NCBI GenBank assembly: GCA_039810425.1
Contig: JBDHWW010000006.1
Span: forward strand, 1 to 64,000
DNA length: 64,000 nucleotides
DNA from: Pseudobdellovibrionaceae bacterium
GTDB taxonomy: Bacteria; Bdellovibrionota; Bdellovibrionia; Bdellovibrionales; Bdellovibrionaceae
Direction of reading: 5' to 3'
Positions 49,756-58,399 of this stretch are shown piece by piece; position 1 is the first letter of the stretch, and each line of letters opens with the position of its first letter. The notes under the pieces were generated by a model, which was not told where the DNA came from, did not search any database, and worked only from the letters and a program-made list of their open reading frames with translations. The translations under genes were made by a program, and so were the position numbers.

Positions 49756-50799
49756 ATGAAGTGTAACGACACGCAATTCAATCAGCCTGTAAAACGGAAT
49801 TTCTCTGCCCTGGTTTTAGCTGTTTTAATATCAGCACTTGTTTTTGTTCCAAGCAAACAAGCCGAGGCGGCTTTGGCCTTTGAAGTCGCTCCCCAGGATG
49901 TCGATCGCATCGTCGTTGTTGGTTTAGAGGCGCACGTGCAGTTAAATGCGCAACCGAATGCTCCGAAACTGCGCGTGTCAGGGATCGACGATACGAGTGA
50001 TCCGGGCAATTTTGCCCTCGAGAAGAAAGACCGCGTTCTGTTTATTAAGATGCAGGAATATGCTGATAAAAAAGAATGGAAAGAGGCTCTCAGCCGCGCA
50101 CCAAAGCGCAAGACTTTGGAGTTTGTCGGTGCCTCTATTCCAGTTGAAATTCAGTTGCGTGAAGGCCAGGTGAGCAGCCAAAAGTGGAGCAAAGAACTTA
50201 AAGTATCCCTTGTAAAGGGCCGCGTGACCGCCATGGGTGGCTCGGCGTCCTTAAGTATCCAACTGCAAAACGGCGATGCGACGATCCAGGATCAGAGCTC
50301 GAAGGTGGCGGCGGATGTTTACAAAGGCAATTTGATGGTTCGAAACCTGCAAGGGGATCTTGAGGGCAGTGTTTACGCGGGCACGATGACGGTTGAAAAA
50401 TCGAAAGGTGTTTTGACTCTGAACACAACCCGGTCCACGGCTAAAATCCTTCATAGCTCAGGTACTTTGCAGTTCGAAAACGTCCAAGGAAGCATTGTTG
50501 CCCAGCAGTTTGCCGGCCGCGTGGATGGTCAAACGGGAGAGGGCCCTGTGAGCCTCGGAATTCTTCCTGACACAGATGTCCATGTGAAGGCGGCCTCTGG
50601 TCGTGTTTCGGTACAGACTGTGGCGGGCAGCGGAGCGATGCTAAATCTGCTTACCACGGACGGGGAGATCACGGTCCCTGGCGAAATTAAGGTCAATCGT
50701 TCGGCGACGGAAAAGACCGTGCGCGGCCGCCTCAAGGGTGGGGAACAAAAAGGCAGTATTGTGGTCCGTTCCCAAGAGGGAAATATTGTTGTTAAATAA
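49756..50799 (+). CDS. exported beta-repeat (DUF4097/adhesin-like) protein
   Basis: Signal peptide; repeated short beta units with G.V motifs. Confidence 0.65.
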   Translation: MKCNDTQFNQPVKRNFSALVLAVLISALVFVPSKQAEAALAFEVAPQDVDRIVVVGLEAHVQLNAQPNAPKLRVSGIDDTSDPGNFALEKKDRVLFIKMQEYADKKEWKEALSRAPKRKTLEFVGASIPVEIQLREGQVSSQKWSKELKVSLVKGRVTAMGGSASLSIQLQNGDATIQDQSSKVAADVYKGNLMVRNLQGDLEGSVYAGTMTVEKSKGVLTLNTTRSTAKILHSSGTLQFENVQGSIVAQQFAGRVDGQTGEGPVSLGILPDTDVHVKAASGRVSVQTVAGSGAMLNLLTTDGEITVPGEIKVNRSATEKTVRGRLKGGEQKGSIVVRSQEGNIVVK

Positions 50800-50840
50800 T
50801 CAGTTGACAGGGCCTTTGTAATCATTCAAGGCTCTTTTCT

Positions 50841-51791
50841 ATGGCAAAGACAAAAAAGAAACCAGTTCCTGCAAAGAGTGCTCCTAAAAAAACAGCGGCG
50901 GCAAAAAGCGTCGCAAAACCAGCAGCTAAACATACTGCGGCAAAAAAACCGGTAGCGAAAGCGGCGGCTAAATCTGCCAAAAACGATGCGAAGCATAAAA
51001 AACCTATTGCTGGTAAGGTGGCGAAAGCTTCGGAAAAGTCGGCTGCTAAAAAAGCTGTTTCAGCGCCGCCCGCGAAGACCAAGGCGGGTGCTTCGGTTCC
51101 TGCAAAGAAGGCCGCAGCAGCGGCTTCCGCAAAACCTGAAAAAAAGGCCCCGGAAAAAGAAACTAAAAAGGCCTCGCCGGAACCAGCCACGGCAAAAGCG
51201 GCAGCGCCGAAAAAGGGTGTGGCTCCGAAAAAAGCAGGGAAGCCTAAGAAAGAGGACGCAGATACAGACGATGATTTCGTCAGCGATGATGATTTTGCCG
51301 GTGCCGATGAAATTGGCGAGTACGAAGAGGAATTAAAAGCTGTTGAAGAATTGGATGAAGAATCCGTTGACGACGAAGCTTGGGCCACGGAGAGCAAAGA
51401 CAAGGGTGATGAAGAAATCATTCTCACGGATGCGGAAGGTCGTCGCTATTGCCGTTCGCGCGATTGCGACCAAATAGGAATTGTGGATGGCTACTGCCGT
51501 TACCACTACTTGCTGTTCTGGAAGAAAATCCAAGTTCGTAAGAAAATTTTAGCCGATGGAAAGCTCGAGAGATACGTTGAGGAGCTCACTGCGAGATATC
51601 CGAATAAGTTCCTTGAGATGATCCGTCGCGACCTTCGTACGGAGAAAGACTTTCTGGCGGCCATTCAAGAGCTCGAAATCGATGAGAGTGCGGGTGAGAA
51701 TGAGTTCGAAGAGGATACTAACGCCTACATCGAAGAAGTTCGCGGTATGGGCGAAGGTGGCTCAACGGGTGTTGACGAGGAAGAGTTCTAA
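50841..51791 (+). CDS. protein with histone-H1-like K/A/P N-terminus, acidic linker and C3H Zn-finger-like domain
   Basis: AKK-rich first ~135 aa; D/E tract; YCRSRDC...GYCRYH. Confidence 0.75.
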   Translation: MAKTKKKPVPAKSAPKKTAAAKSVAKPAAKHTAAKKPVAKAAAKSAKNDAKHKKPIAGKVAKASEKSAAKKAVSAPPAKTKAGASVPAKKAAAAASAKPEKKAPEKETKKASPEPATAKAAAPKKGVAPKKAGKPKKEDADTDDDFVSDDDFAGADEIGEYEEELKAVEELDEESVDDEAWATESKDKGDEEIILTDAEGRRYCRSRDCDQIGIVDGYCRYHYLLFWKKIQVRKKILADGKLERYVEELTARYPNKFLEMIRRDLRTEKDFLAAIQELEIDESAGENEFEEDTNAYIEEVRGMGEGGSTGVDEEEF

Positions 51792-51872
51792 AGAACCCTT
51801 CCTTGGAATATGGAGCCAGTTCCATAGTGATAAGTTAAATGATGAGCCAAATAACGAGTCAAAAGTGAATGG

Positions 51873-51905
51873 AATGGGACCCAAAAGGTCCCATTTTTCT
51901 TTTTT
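51873..51905 (+). terminator. rho-independent terminator
   Basis: AATGGGACC-caaaa-GGTCCCATT followed by a T-tract. Confidence 0.75.
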
Positions 51906-51955
51906 GCTTCCGCAGGTCCACACTTCCTCTTACAATTTTATGAGAGGATGTTTTT

Positions 51956-53197
51956 ATGATCACGTTTTTTGGCGCCCCTCTCTTAGTCTTGAGCCTTTGC
52001 ACGTCTTCGGTTTTTGGAGCAGATAAGGACCTCTCTTGGTCGGAGTTCGTCACCCGGGCCAAAGAAAACAATGAAGAGTTGTTGTCCGCGCAGAGGGATC
52101 TGCAATCGTCTGAGTATTCTGTGAAGGGGTCTTACTACAATTACCTGCCACAAGTGAGTGCTTCTGCTTCGGCAAGCCGAGGCGGCACGGAGGATGATTA
52201 CGGTGTTACGCTGACTGCGACGCAAAACGTCTTCTCGGGATTTTCTGACGCCGGCAAAGTGGCTCAGAATAAAGCGAACTATGACCTCGCCAGAACGTCG
52301 CTGCAATCCACGCAAGCAAAGGTGAGCTACGACCTTAAATCGGCGGTTGCGGACCTTGTCTATGCACAAAACTACGTGAAGCTCGCAAAAGGGATCATAG
52401 ATCGCCGGGAGCTGAATCTCAAAATGGTCCAGCTTCGTTTTGATGGGGGCCGAGAAAATAAAGGCTCGTTGCTCTTGTCAAAAGCGTACTTGGAAGATGC
52501 CCGCTTGGATTATCTCCAAGCGACACAGGAACTTTCCGTCGCTCAATCGCGGATTGCCAAGACTCTTGGCGAAGAGGATGTGAATAGCTACATCCTGAAC
52601 GGCAAAGTGCCGGTGACGATACCGTCAGAGACGAAGCCTGATTTCCAAAAACTTGTTTTAGACACTCCGGTGTATAAAGCCGCGACGGCCCAAGAGGATG
52701 TCTCAAAAGCCAGTGTGACTCAGTCAGAGTCCGGCTTTTATCCTTCTTTGAACTTGTCGGCGACGACTGGCAAGTCGGGTCCGAGCTGGTTTCCGGATCA
52801 AGAGAGTTGGTCGGTGGGTGCTTCGCTCAGTATGCCGATCTTTAACGGCGGTCGAGATTATTTTTCAACCCGTCGTTCGCTGGAGTCTTTAAAGGCCAGC
52901 ACGTTGACAAAAAGTAGCACGCTGAAAGATCAACTGGTGAAATTGAAAGACACTTACGTGTCCTATGTTCAGGCCGTGCAAAAGCTCAAAGTCGATGGAG
53001 CCTACGTCGAGGCGGCGGAAGCACGCGAGAAAATTTCGCGCCAGAAGTATAACAACGGCCTTTCGACTTTTGATGACTGGGACTTGATCGAGAGCGATCT
53101 GATTAAGCGTCAGAAGAGTTTTTTACAGAGTGAGCGCGATCGCGTTGTTTCTGAAGCTGCGTGGGAGCAAGTTCAGGGTAAAGGAGTTTTGCAATGA
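51956..53197 (+). CDS. TolC family outer membrane efflux protein
   Basis: Two OEP repeats (YLPQVS; FYPSLNL..S.PIFNGG); in an operon with MFP and ABC genes. Confidence 0.88.
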   Translation: MITFFGAPLLVLSLCTSSVFGADKDLSWSEFVTRAKENNEELLSAQRDLQSSEYSVKGSYYNYLPQVSASASASRGGTEDDYGVTLTATQNVFSGFSDAGKVAQNKANYDLARTSLQSTQAKVSYDLKSAVADLVYAQNYVKLAKGIIDRRELNLKMVQLRFDGGRENKGSLLLSKAYLEDARLDYLQATQELSVAQSRIAKTLGEEDVNSYILNGKVPVTIPSETKPDFQKLVLDTPVYKAATAQEDVSKASVTQSESGFYPSLNLSATTGKSGPSWFPDQESWSVGASLSMPIFNGGRDYFSTRRSLESLKASTLTKSSTLKDQLVKLKDTYVSYVQAVQKLKVDGAYVEAAEAREKISRQKYNNGLSTFDDWDLIESDLIKRQKSFLQSERDRVVSEAAWEQVQGKGVLQ

Positions 53198-54192
53198 GCG
53201 CTGTGACCAATTCGCAAAAGAAATCAAAACAAAATCTCCTGTGGGGAATTTTGATTCTGGTCCTCGTTGGCACTGGCTGGGGCTATTACGTTTACAACAA
53301 AAAGAAGAGCGAAGTCGTGAGTTACAAGTATTTGCCGGTGAAGCGGGGCAATTTAGAGGTCACGATTCTTGCGACGGGAACCGTTCAACCTGAAAACCGA
53401 CTTGAAATAAAAGCACCGGTCGCCGGCCGCATGGACAATATCTATATTCGCGAAGGCGAAAAGGTTCGTAAGGGCCAGGTTATTGCTTCGATGAGCTCAA
53501 CAGAGCGTGCGGCGATGTTGGATGCCGCCCGTGCCAAAGGGGCCGAAGAATACAAATCTTGGGCTGAGCTCTATCTGCCGACACCGATCATGGCGCCGAT
53601 CTCCGGAACCATTATCCTCCGAAACGTCGAGCCTGGCCAGACATTCACGACAACGGATGCCATTTTCACGATGTCCGACCGTCTGACGGTGAAAGCGCAG
53701 GTCGATGAAACGGATATTTCAAAAGTGAAATTGAAACAAGAAGCGCAAATCGTCCTTGATGCCTATCCTGATAAGAAAATCAAAGCGCAGGCCGATCAGA
53801 TTGCGTTTGACTCAAAAACTGTGAATAGTGTCACGACCTATATCGTTGATGTGCTGCCGTCTGAGACTCCGGAGTATATGCGAAGCGGGATGACGGCCAA
53901 CGTGACTTTCTATGTGGAGTCCAAGCAGAACATCCTGTTGGTATCAAACGAGGCGCTCAAAGTCGAGCGCGGGCAAACAGTGGTAGTGGTGAAGGGGCCC
54001 GAGGGGCAACCGCAAACCCGCGATGTACAACTCGGCACATCCGATGGAAGGCTTAGCGAAGTGCTGGAGGGCCTTGAGGAAGGTGATGTTGCGATGGTTC
54101 CTGAGGTGAAACTCAGCCGCGAGAAAAAAGGCACCAATCCATTTTCTCCGATGGGCGGGGCCCGGCCTCCGGGATCCCGCGGAGGCCGATAG
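53194..54192 (+). CDS. macA: MacA-like periplasmic adaptor (membrane fusion protein)
   Basis: TM anchor; ATGTVQP, V..G..V.KGQ, APISG, VDETDI, GMTANV. Confidence 0.85.
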   Translation: MSAVTNSQKKSKQNLLWGILILVLVGTGWGYYVYNKKKSEVVSYKYLPVKRGNLEVTILATGTVQPENRLEIKAPVAGRMDNIYIREGEKVRKGQVIASMSSTERAAMLDAARAKGAEEYKSWAELYLPTPIMAPISGTIILRNVEPGQTFTTTDAIFTMSDRLTVKAQVDETDISKVKLKQEAQIVLDAYPDKKIKAQADQIAFDSKTVNSVTTYIVDVLPSETPEYMRSGMTANVTFYVESKQNILLVSNEALKVERGQTVVVVKGPEGQPQTRDVQLGTSDGRLSEVLEGLEEGDVAMVPEVKLSREKKGTNPFSPMGGARPPGSRGGR

Positions 54193-54201
54193 GAAGGTCG
54201 C

Positions 54202-56151
54202 ATGATTGAAATCCGCAACGTCACTAAATCTTATCAGATGGGTGAGACCCGTGTGGATGCCTTAAAAGGTGTCAGCCTGACTATTGAAGACGGTGACTTT
54301 GTGGCGATCATGGGACCGTCGGGTTCCGGGAAGTCGACTTTGATGCATATTCTGGGGCTTTTAGATGTGCCAAGCCAAGGCGGCTACAAGCTGCACGGCC
54401 GCGAAGTTTCAAACCTTTCGGAAGATGAGTTGGCGATTCTTCGCCGGGATGAAATTGGTTTTATCTTTCAGCAGTTTAATTTGCTGCCAAGAATGGCGGC
54501 CTGGCAAAATGTTTCACTGCCTTTGCTATACTCCGAGAAGAGTCTTAACTTTGAAAAAGCCCAGGTCTTGCTTGAAAAAGTAGGATTGGGCACACGGAGT
54601 GATCACAAACCCAACGAGCTTTCCGGCGGCCAGCAACAGCGCGTCGCTATCGCGAGATCGCTGGTTAATTCCCCCAAAATCATTTTTGCCGATGAACCGA
54701 CGGGGAATCTCGATTCTAAGAGTGAAAAAGAGATCATGGAGGTTCTAAAAAAGCTGAACGCGCAGGGAATCACCGTGGTCGTCGTGACTCATGAAGAAGA
54801 AATCGGTGAGCAAGCAAAACGCCTTATTCGCATGCGCGATGGCGTGGTGCAATCGGATGAGCGTAGAGAACCGCTCCCGCAGGGGGGAGTAAAGCATGAG
54901 TCGCAACAAATTCTTTCCGCCCGTCTTCGCTTGGGCGAAATTATTGAGCACTTTCATCAAGGTTATAAGACATTGGCGGCTAACAAAATCCGCTCAGGTT
55001 TGTCCATGCTGGGGATTTTAATCGGTGTCGCTGCGGTGGTGACGATGCTGGCTCTGGGGCACGGCGCTCAGCAGGCGATTGAAAACCAGTTGGCTTCGAT
55101 GGGATCGAATTTATTGATTCTCCGTGCAGGGAATGTGCGCGTTGCGGGTGTCGCGCAGGAGTCGGGCGTGCGGATCCGCATCACCACCGATGATGTCGCC
55201 GCACTTAAAAACGAAGTCTCGGGTGTCAAAGATGTGGTGCCGACGGTGCAGGGCCGCGGTCAGGTGACGTACTTGAATAAAAACTGGAACACCACGCTGA
55301 TGGGGGTTTCAAACTCCTTTGAACATGTGCGTTCATCGACGCCCGTAGTGGGTCGATTCTTTTCGGAAGCTGAAAATCAAAGACGAGCCCTTGTCGCCTT
55401 GATCGGGCAAACCGTGGCGCGGGAACTTTTTGGTGAAAAGTCTCCGGTTGGCGAGACGGTTAAAATTAATAAAATCAATTTCAATATCATCGGCTTGCTG
55501 CCGGAAAAGGGCGCGGCGGGTCCGCAGGATCAAGATGACCGCATTGTGATTCCGGTACAGACGGCAATGTACCGCGTGTTTGGCCGGGACTATGTTGATT
55601 CTGTGGATATTGAAGTGACGGGGGCAGATCGATTGGACGAAGCCCAGGATTCGATTAAAGAAGTTTTGAATAAACGCCATCGCGTGCCGATTTCAGCTCA
55701 AGACGATGCCTTTCAGATTTTCAATATGGCGGATCTTCAGGCGGCCTTGTCCGCAAGTAGCAAAACCATGGCGATGTTGCTGTCGTCGATTGCGGCGATT
55801 TCGCTCCTTGTGGGGGGAATCGGGATTATGAATATTATGTTGGTGTCCGTGACCGAGCGGACACGGGAAATCGGTCTGCGCAAGGCAATTGGCGGGCGCA
55901 AGATTGATATTCTCATGCAATTCTTGGCGGAATCAGTGGTGGTGAGCGCGATAGGGGGCAGCGTCGGGATTCTGCTTGCGTGGGGGGTGACCGTGGTGCT
56001 CACGCAAACGATCGGTTGGACGATGAGCATCTCTCTGGATTCCATCCTGCTATCCTTCTTTTTCTCTGCGTTTATTGGCATTGTTTTCGGTCTGTATCCA
56101 GCAAAGAAAGCCTCGGAGTTGCATCCTATCGAAGCACTTCGCTATGAATAG
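54202..56151 (+). CDS. macB: MacB-type ABC transporter (ATPase-permease fusion)
   Basis: GPSGSGKST, LSGGQQQR, DEPTGNLD, GGIGIMNIMLVSVTERTREIG. Confidence 0.93.
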   Translation: MIEIRNVTKSYQMGETRVDALKGVSLTIEDGDFVAIMGPSGSGKSTLMHILGLLDVPSQGGYKLHGREVSNLSEDELAILRRDEIGFIFQQFNLLPRMAAWQNVSLPLLYSEKSLNFEKAQVLLEKVGLGTRSDHKPNELSGGQQQRVAIARSLVNSPKIIFADEPTGNLDSKSEKEIMEVLKKLNAQGITVVVVTHEEEIGEQAKRLIRMRDGVVQSDERREPLPQGGVKHESQQILSARLRLGEIIEHFHQGYKTLAANKIRSGLSMLGILIGVAAVVTMLALGHGAQQAIENQLASMGSNLLILRAGNVRVAGVAQESGVRIRITTDDVAALKNEVSGVKDVVPTVQGRGQVTYLNKNWNTTLMGVSNSFEHVRSSTPVVGRFFSEAENQRRALVALIGQTVARELFGEKSPVGETVKINKINFNIIGLLPEKGAAGPQDQDDRIVIPVQTAMYRVFGRDYVDSVDIEVTGADRLDEAQDSIKEVLNKRHRVPISAQDDAFQIFNMADLQAALSASSKTMAMLLSSIAAISLLVGGIGIMNIMLVSVTERTREIGLRKAIGGRKIDILMQFLAESVVVSAIGGSVGILLAWGVTVVLTQTIGWTMSISLDSILLSFFFSAFIGIVFGLYPAKKASELHPIEALRYE

Positions 56152-56334
56152 CCTGGGTCTCGTTCTGAGACGATCCACGAACAGTACATATTGGCACGAC
56201 TGTTAGCGATAAACGGCACTGTCTCACTCTGGGCCGTGCCAGCTGTCACCTATTCGTTACGACCGTGCCAAGGGCGGCGTAGTTCTTGTAATAACTCAAA
56301 GTATAGAGATTTTAAAATTAACAAAGAGGTTAAT

Positions 56335-56847
56335 ATGAAGAACAAAATATTCACACTTATGCTGATCGTATGCTCTTCGTTATTCTTAGTGAACTGCGCG
56401 AAAAACAATGGCAGTAATGCCAACAATAATAACGGAGTCACGGCTTATGGGACTTGCAGCACAGCTGGCTATGTCTATACATCCCAAGGTTGTTTGCCGC
56501 AGGGTTCATGTCCGGTAAATTATGGCTATATTAATGGTCAATGTCTTCCGGCAACGGCAACAAATGGTGCCTACGGCGGCTCTTGCCAAGCGGGCTACGT
56601 AATGACTCAATACGGTTGCGGTCAGCAAACAACAATGTGCGGTGCTAACTATATGTCTTACGGCTACGTCAACGGTCAGTGTTACCCAGTTACTTACTCA
56701 GGCACGACGGGACAAACTTGCCAAGCGGGCTACGTAGGAACAGTGATGGGTTGCTTGCCACAGGGTTCTTGCCAAGTTGGTTATGGCTACTACTACGGTT
56801 CATACAACGGTCAAGTGGGCGGTTGGTGTTACCAACGTACTTACTAA
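56335..56847 (+). CDS. Cys/Gly/Tyr-rich repeat lipoprotein
   Basis: GAGG RBS; LVN|C lipobox; three repeats C..GYV....GC..Q..C...YGY.NGQC. Confidence 0.8.
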   Translation: MKNKIFTLMLIVCSSLFLVNCAKNNGSNANNNNGVTAYGTCSTAGYVYTSQGCLPQGSCPVNYGYINGQCLPATATNGAYGGSCQAGYVMTQYGCGQQTTMCGANYMSYGYVNGQCYPVTYSGTTGQTCQAGYVGTVMGCLPQGSCQVGYGYYYGSYNGQVGGWCYQRTY

Positions 56848-56906
56848 GATAAGTACGAGCGGTTGCACGAAGGGCCACGGGATGTGGCTGATTTAGAGGA
56901 AATTAA

Positions 56907-56942
56907 AAAGGCCCAGCTTCATCAGCTGGGCCTTTCGTTTTT
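56907..56942. terminator. bidirectional rho-independent terminator
   Basis: AAAGGCCCAGCT-tcatc-AGCTGGGCCTTT between convergent genes. Confidence 0.8.
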
Positions 56943-57216
56943 ATTGAACGCCCTGGGATTGCGGAGGTCGGGGAGGACGGTGACCGAAATCATGGGGAGG
57001 GGTGAGCCCTTTAGATTTCAAGCACGCATCCATTTTGCTTTTCATCGTCTCGTCAGGCCTTTGTGGTTTCTGGCCTGCTTCGGGTTTGGGTAAACCGACT
57101 TGATCGGCACACTCCTTAAATATCTTGCGTCGTTCTTCTTGGTTTTTTTCTGCATGCACGGTTAAAGCCGAGGCTTGCACCAACACGAGCAGAATCAAAG
57201 ACATTTTGAGTTTCAT
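56941..57216 (-). CDS. small exported protein with two Cys
   Basis: AAGGAG RBS; signal peptide ending VHA; C...VG......RP......M.AC. Confidence 0.65.
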   Translation of the reverse strand: MKLKMSLILLVLVQASALTVHAEKNQEERRKIFKECADQVGLPKPEAGQKPQRPDETMKSKMDACLKSKGLTPPHDFGHRPPRPPQSQGVQ

Positions 57217-57524
57217 GGAATTCTCCTTAGTAAGGTTGTTTGGGTGATACTTCCTTATTGTAGGAAAACTCTATGGAACTATGATGGACACCGTCCCACA
57301 TTAGGACGTGCCATGGTTTTAGTGGGTTGTTTCCACAAAGACCACGGCGGGTGTGACTGACAAAACAACCAGAAAACTTTTGGCTAAAAAGTGCATGCAT
57401 CCTCCATTTTGGCTATAAAACGAAATTCTTTGGGAGATTGCAAACGGGGTCAATTCGCTTTCGGTGCCGGGAGTTGGAAGATTTAGTCGCAGGGGTTGCC
57501 AGGGATGGTTTTTTTCCGCCAGGC

Positions 57525-57893
57525 CTATCCCAGCGATGCCGGGTAAGAGCATTCCGTCGCAGGGGTTTCAGCCACCGTCACGCGATTCAGAGTCGGAAGC
57601 ACGGCGCGGGCCTGATCATAAAGCCATTTCGCCAAGTACTCGGAAGTTGGATTTTCAAGGCCGGGAACTTCATTGAGCACGCGATGGTCAATCCTATCCA
57701 AAATCGGTTTCATACGCTCCTGGATCTCGTTATAATCAATCACCCAACCGACCACGGGATCAAGGCTTCCCACGAGAGTCAGAATGATCTTAAAGCTGTG
57801 CCCGTGCATTCGAGAGCAAGGGTGAGATTTTTCAAGCTTTGGTAAAAAGCGCGCGGATTCGATTTGAAAGTGCTGTTTGAGTTCGAATTTCAT
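57525..57893 (-). CDS. queD: 6-carboxytetrahydropterin synthase QueD (PTPS-I-like)
   Basis: CSRMHGHSF (CxxxHGH), GWVID, DHRVLNEVPGLENPTSE, V.ET. Confidence 0.85.
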   Translation of the reverse strand: MKFELKQHFQIESARFLPKLEKSHPCSRMHGHSFKIILTLVGSLDPVVGWVIDYNEIQERMKPILDRIDHRVLNEVPGLENPTSEYLAKWLYDQARAVLPTLNRVTVAETPATECSYPASLG

Positions 57894-57910
57894 GCTATAG
57901 AGATCATACT

Positions 57911-58399
57911 ATGACTGAAACCAGCTTACAATTGGCAAAGCAAAATTTTAAATTTTCAAGCGCTCACTTCTTGATCTTTGATGACCACTCCGCAGAACGC
58001 TTGCACGGCCACAATTACCAGGTCCGAGTTGAAATCGGTATTCCAGATCAGGATGCAATGAAGGCAACAGGCTTTTTCGTCGATTTCAATGTGTTTAAGA
58101 AGTACATTAAGTCCACCCTCGATCGCTGGGATGAGAGGGTGATATTGCCCAAAAACCATAAGGATATGAAGTTCCACACCCGAGGAACCAGTCTCGAAGT
58201 GACCTTCCGTGACCGTTTTTACATCTTTCCAGCAAGCGAAGTCGTGTTATTGCCTGTGGCGAATACGAGCGTGGAACAGCTGTCCCATTTGCTTGCAGAG
58301 GATTTCATGCGTGAATTTAAAGCCCACAAGGTGAGCTTCGTTAGTGTCTACGTGGAAGAGACAACGGGGCAGGGGGCAACCACGAAGGTGACTGCGTAA
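57911..58399 (+). CDS. PTPS-family paralog with Glu motif (PTPS-III-like)
   Basis: FSSAHF, ERLHGHNY (ExxHGH), NTSVE.L, V.E..GQ.A. Confidence 0.75.
   Translation: MTETSLQLAKQNFKFSSAHFLIFDDHSAERLHGHNYQVRVEIGIPDQDAMKATGFFVDFNVFKKYIKSTLDRWDERVILPKNHKDMKFHTRGTSLEVTFRDRFYIFPASEVVLLPVANTSVEQLSHLLAEDFMREFKAHKVSFVSVYVEETTGQGATTKVTA

Noticed and set aside
50822..51427. 201-aa Ser/Ala/Phe-rich minus-strand ORF
   Set aside because: Antisense mirror of the low-complexity H1-like gene.
56191..56207. TTGGCACGACTGTTAGC as the sigma54 promoter
   Set aside because: The -24 element is perfect but GC falls at N11 rather than N10; the 56275-56290 site fits the spacing and position better.
57894..57910. preQ1 riboswitch upstream of queD
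   Set aside because: Only 17 bp separate the two starts and no preQ1-like stem with an A-rich tail is visible.
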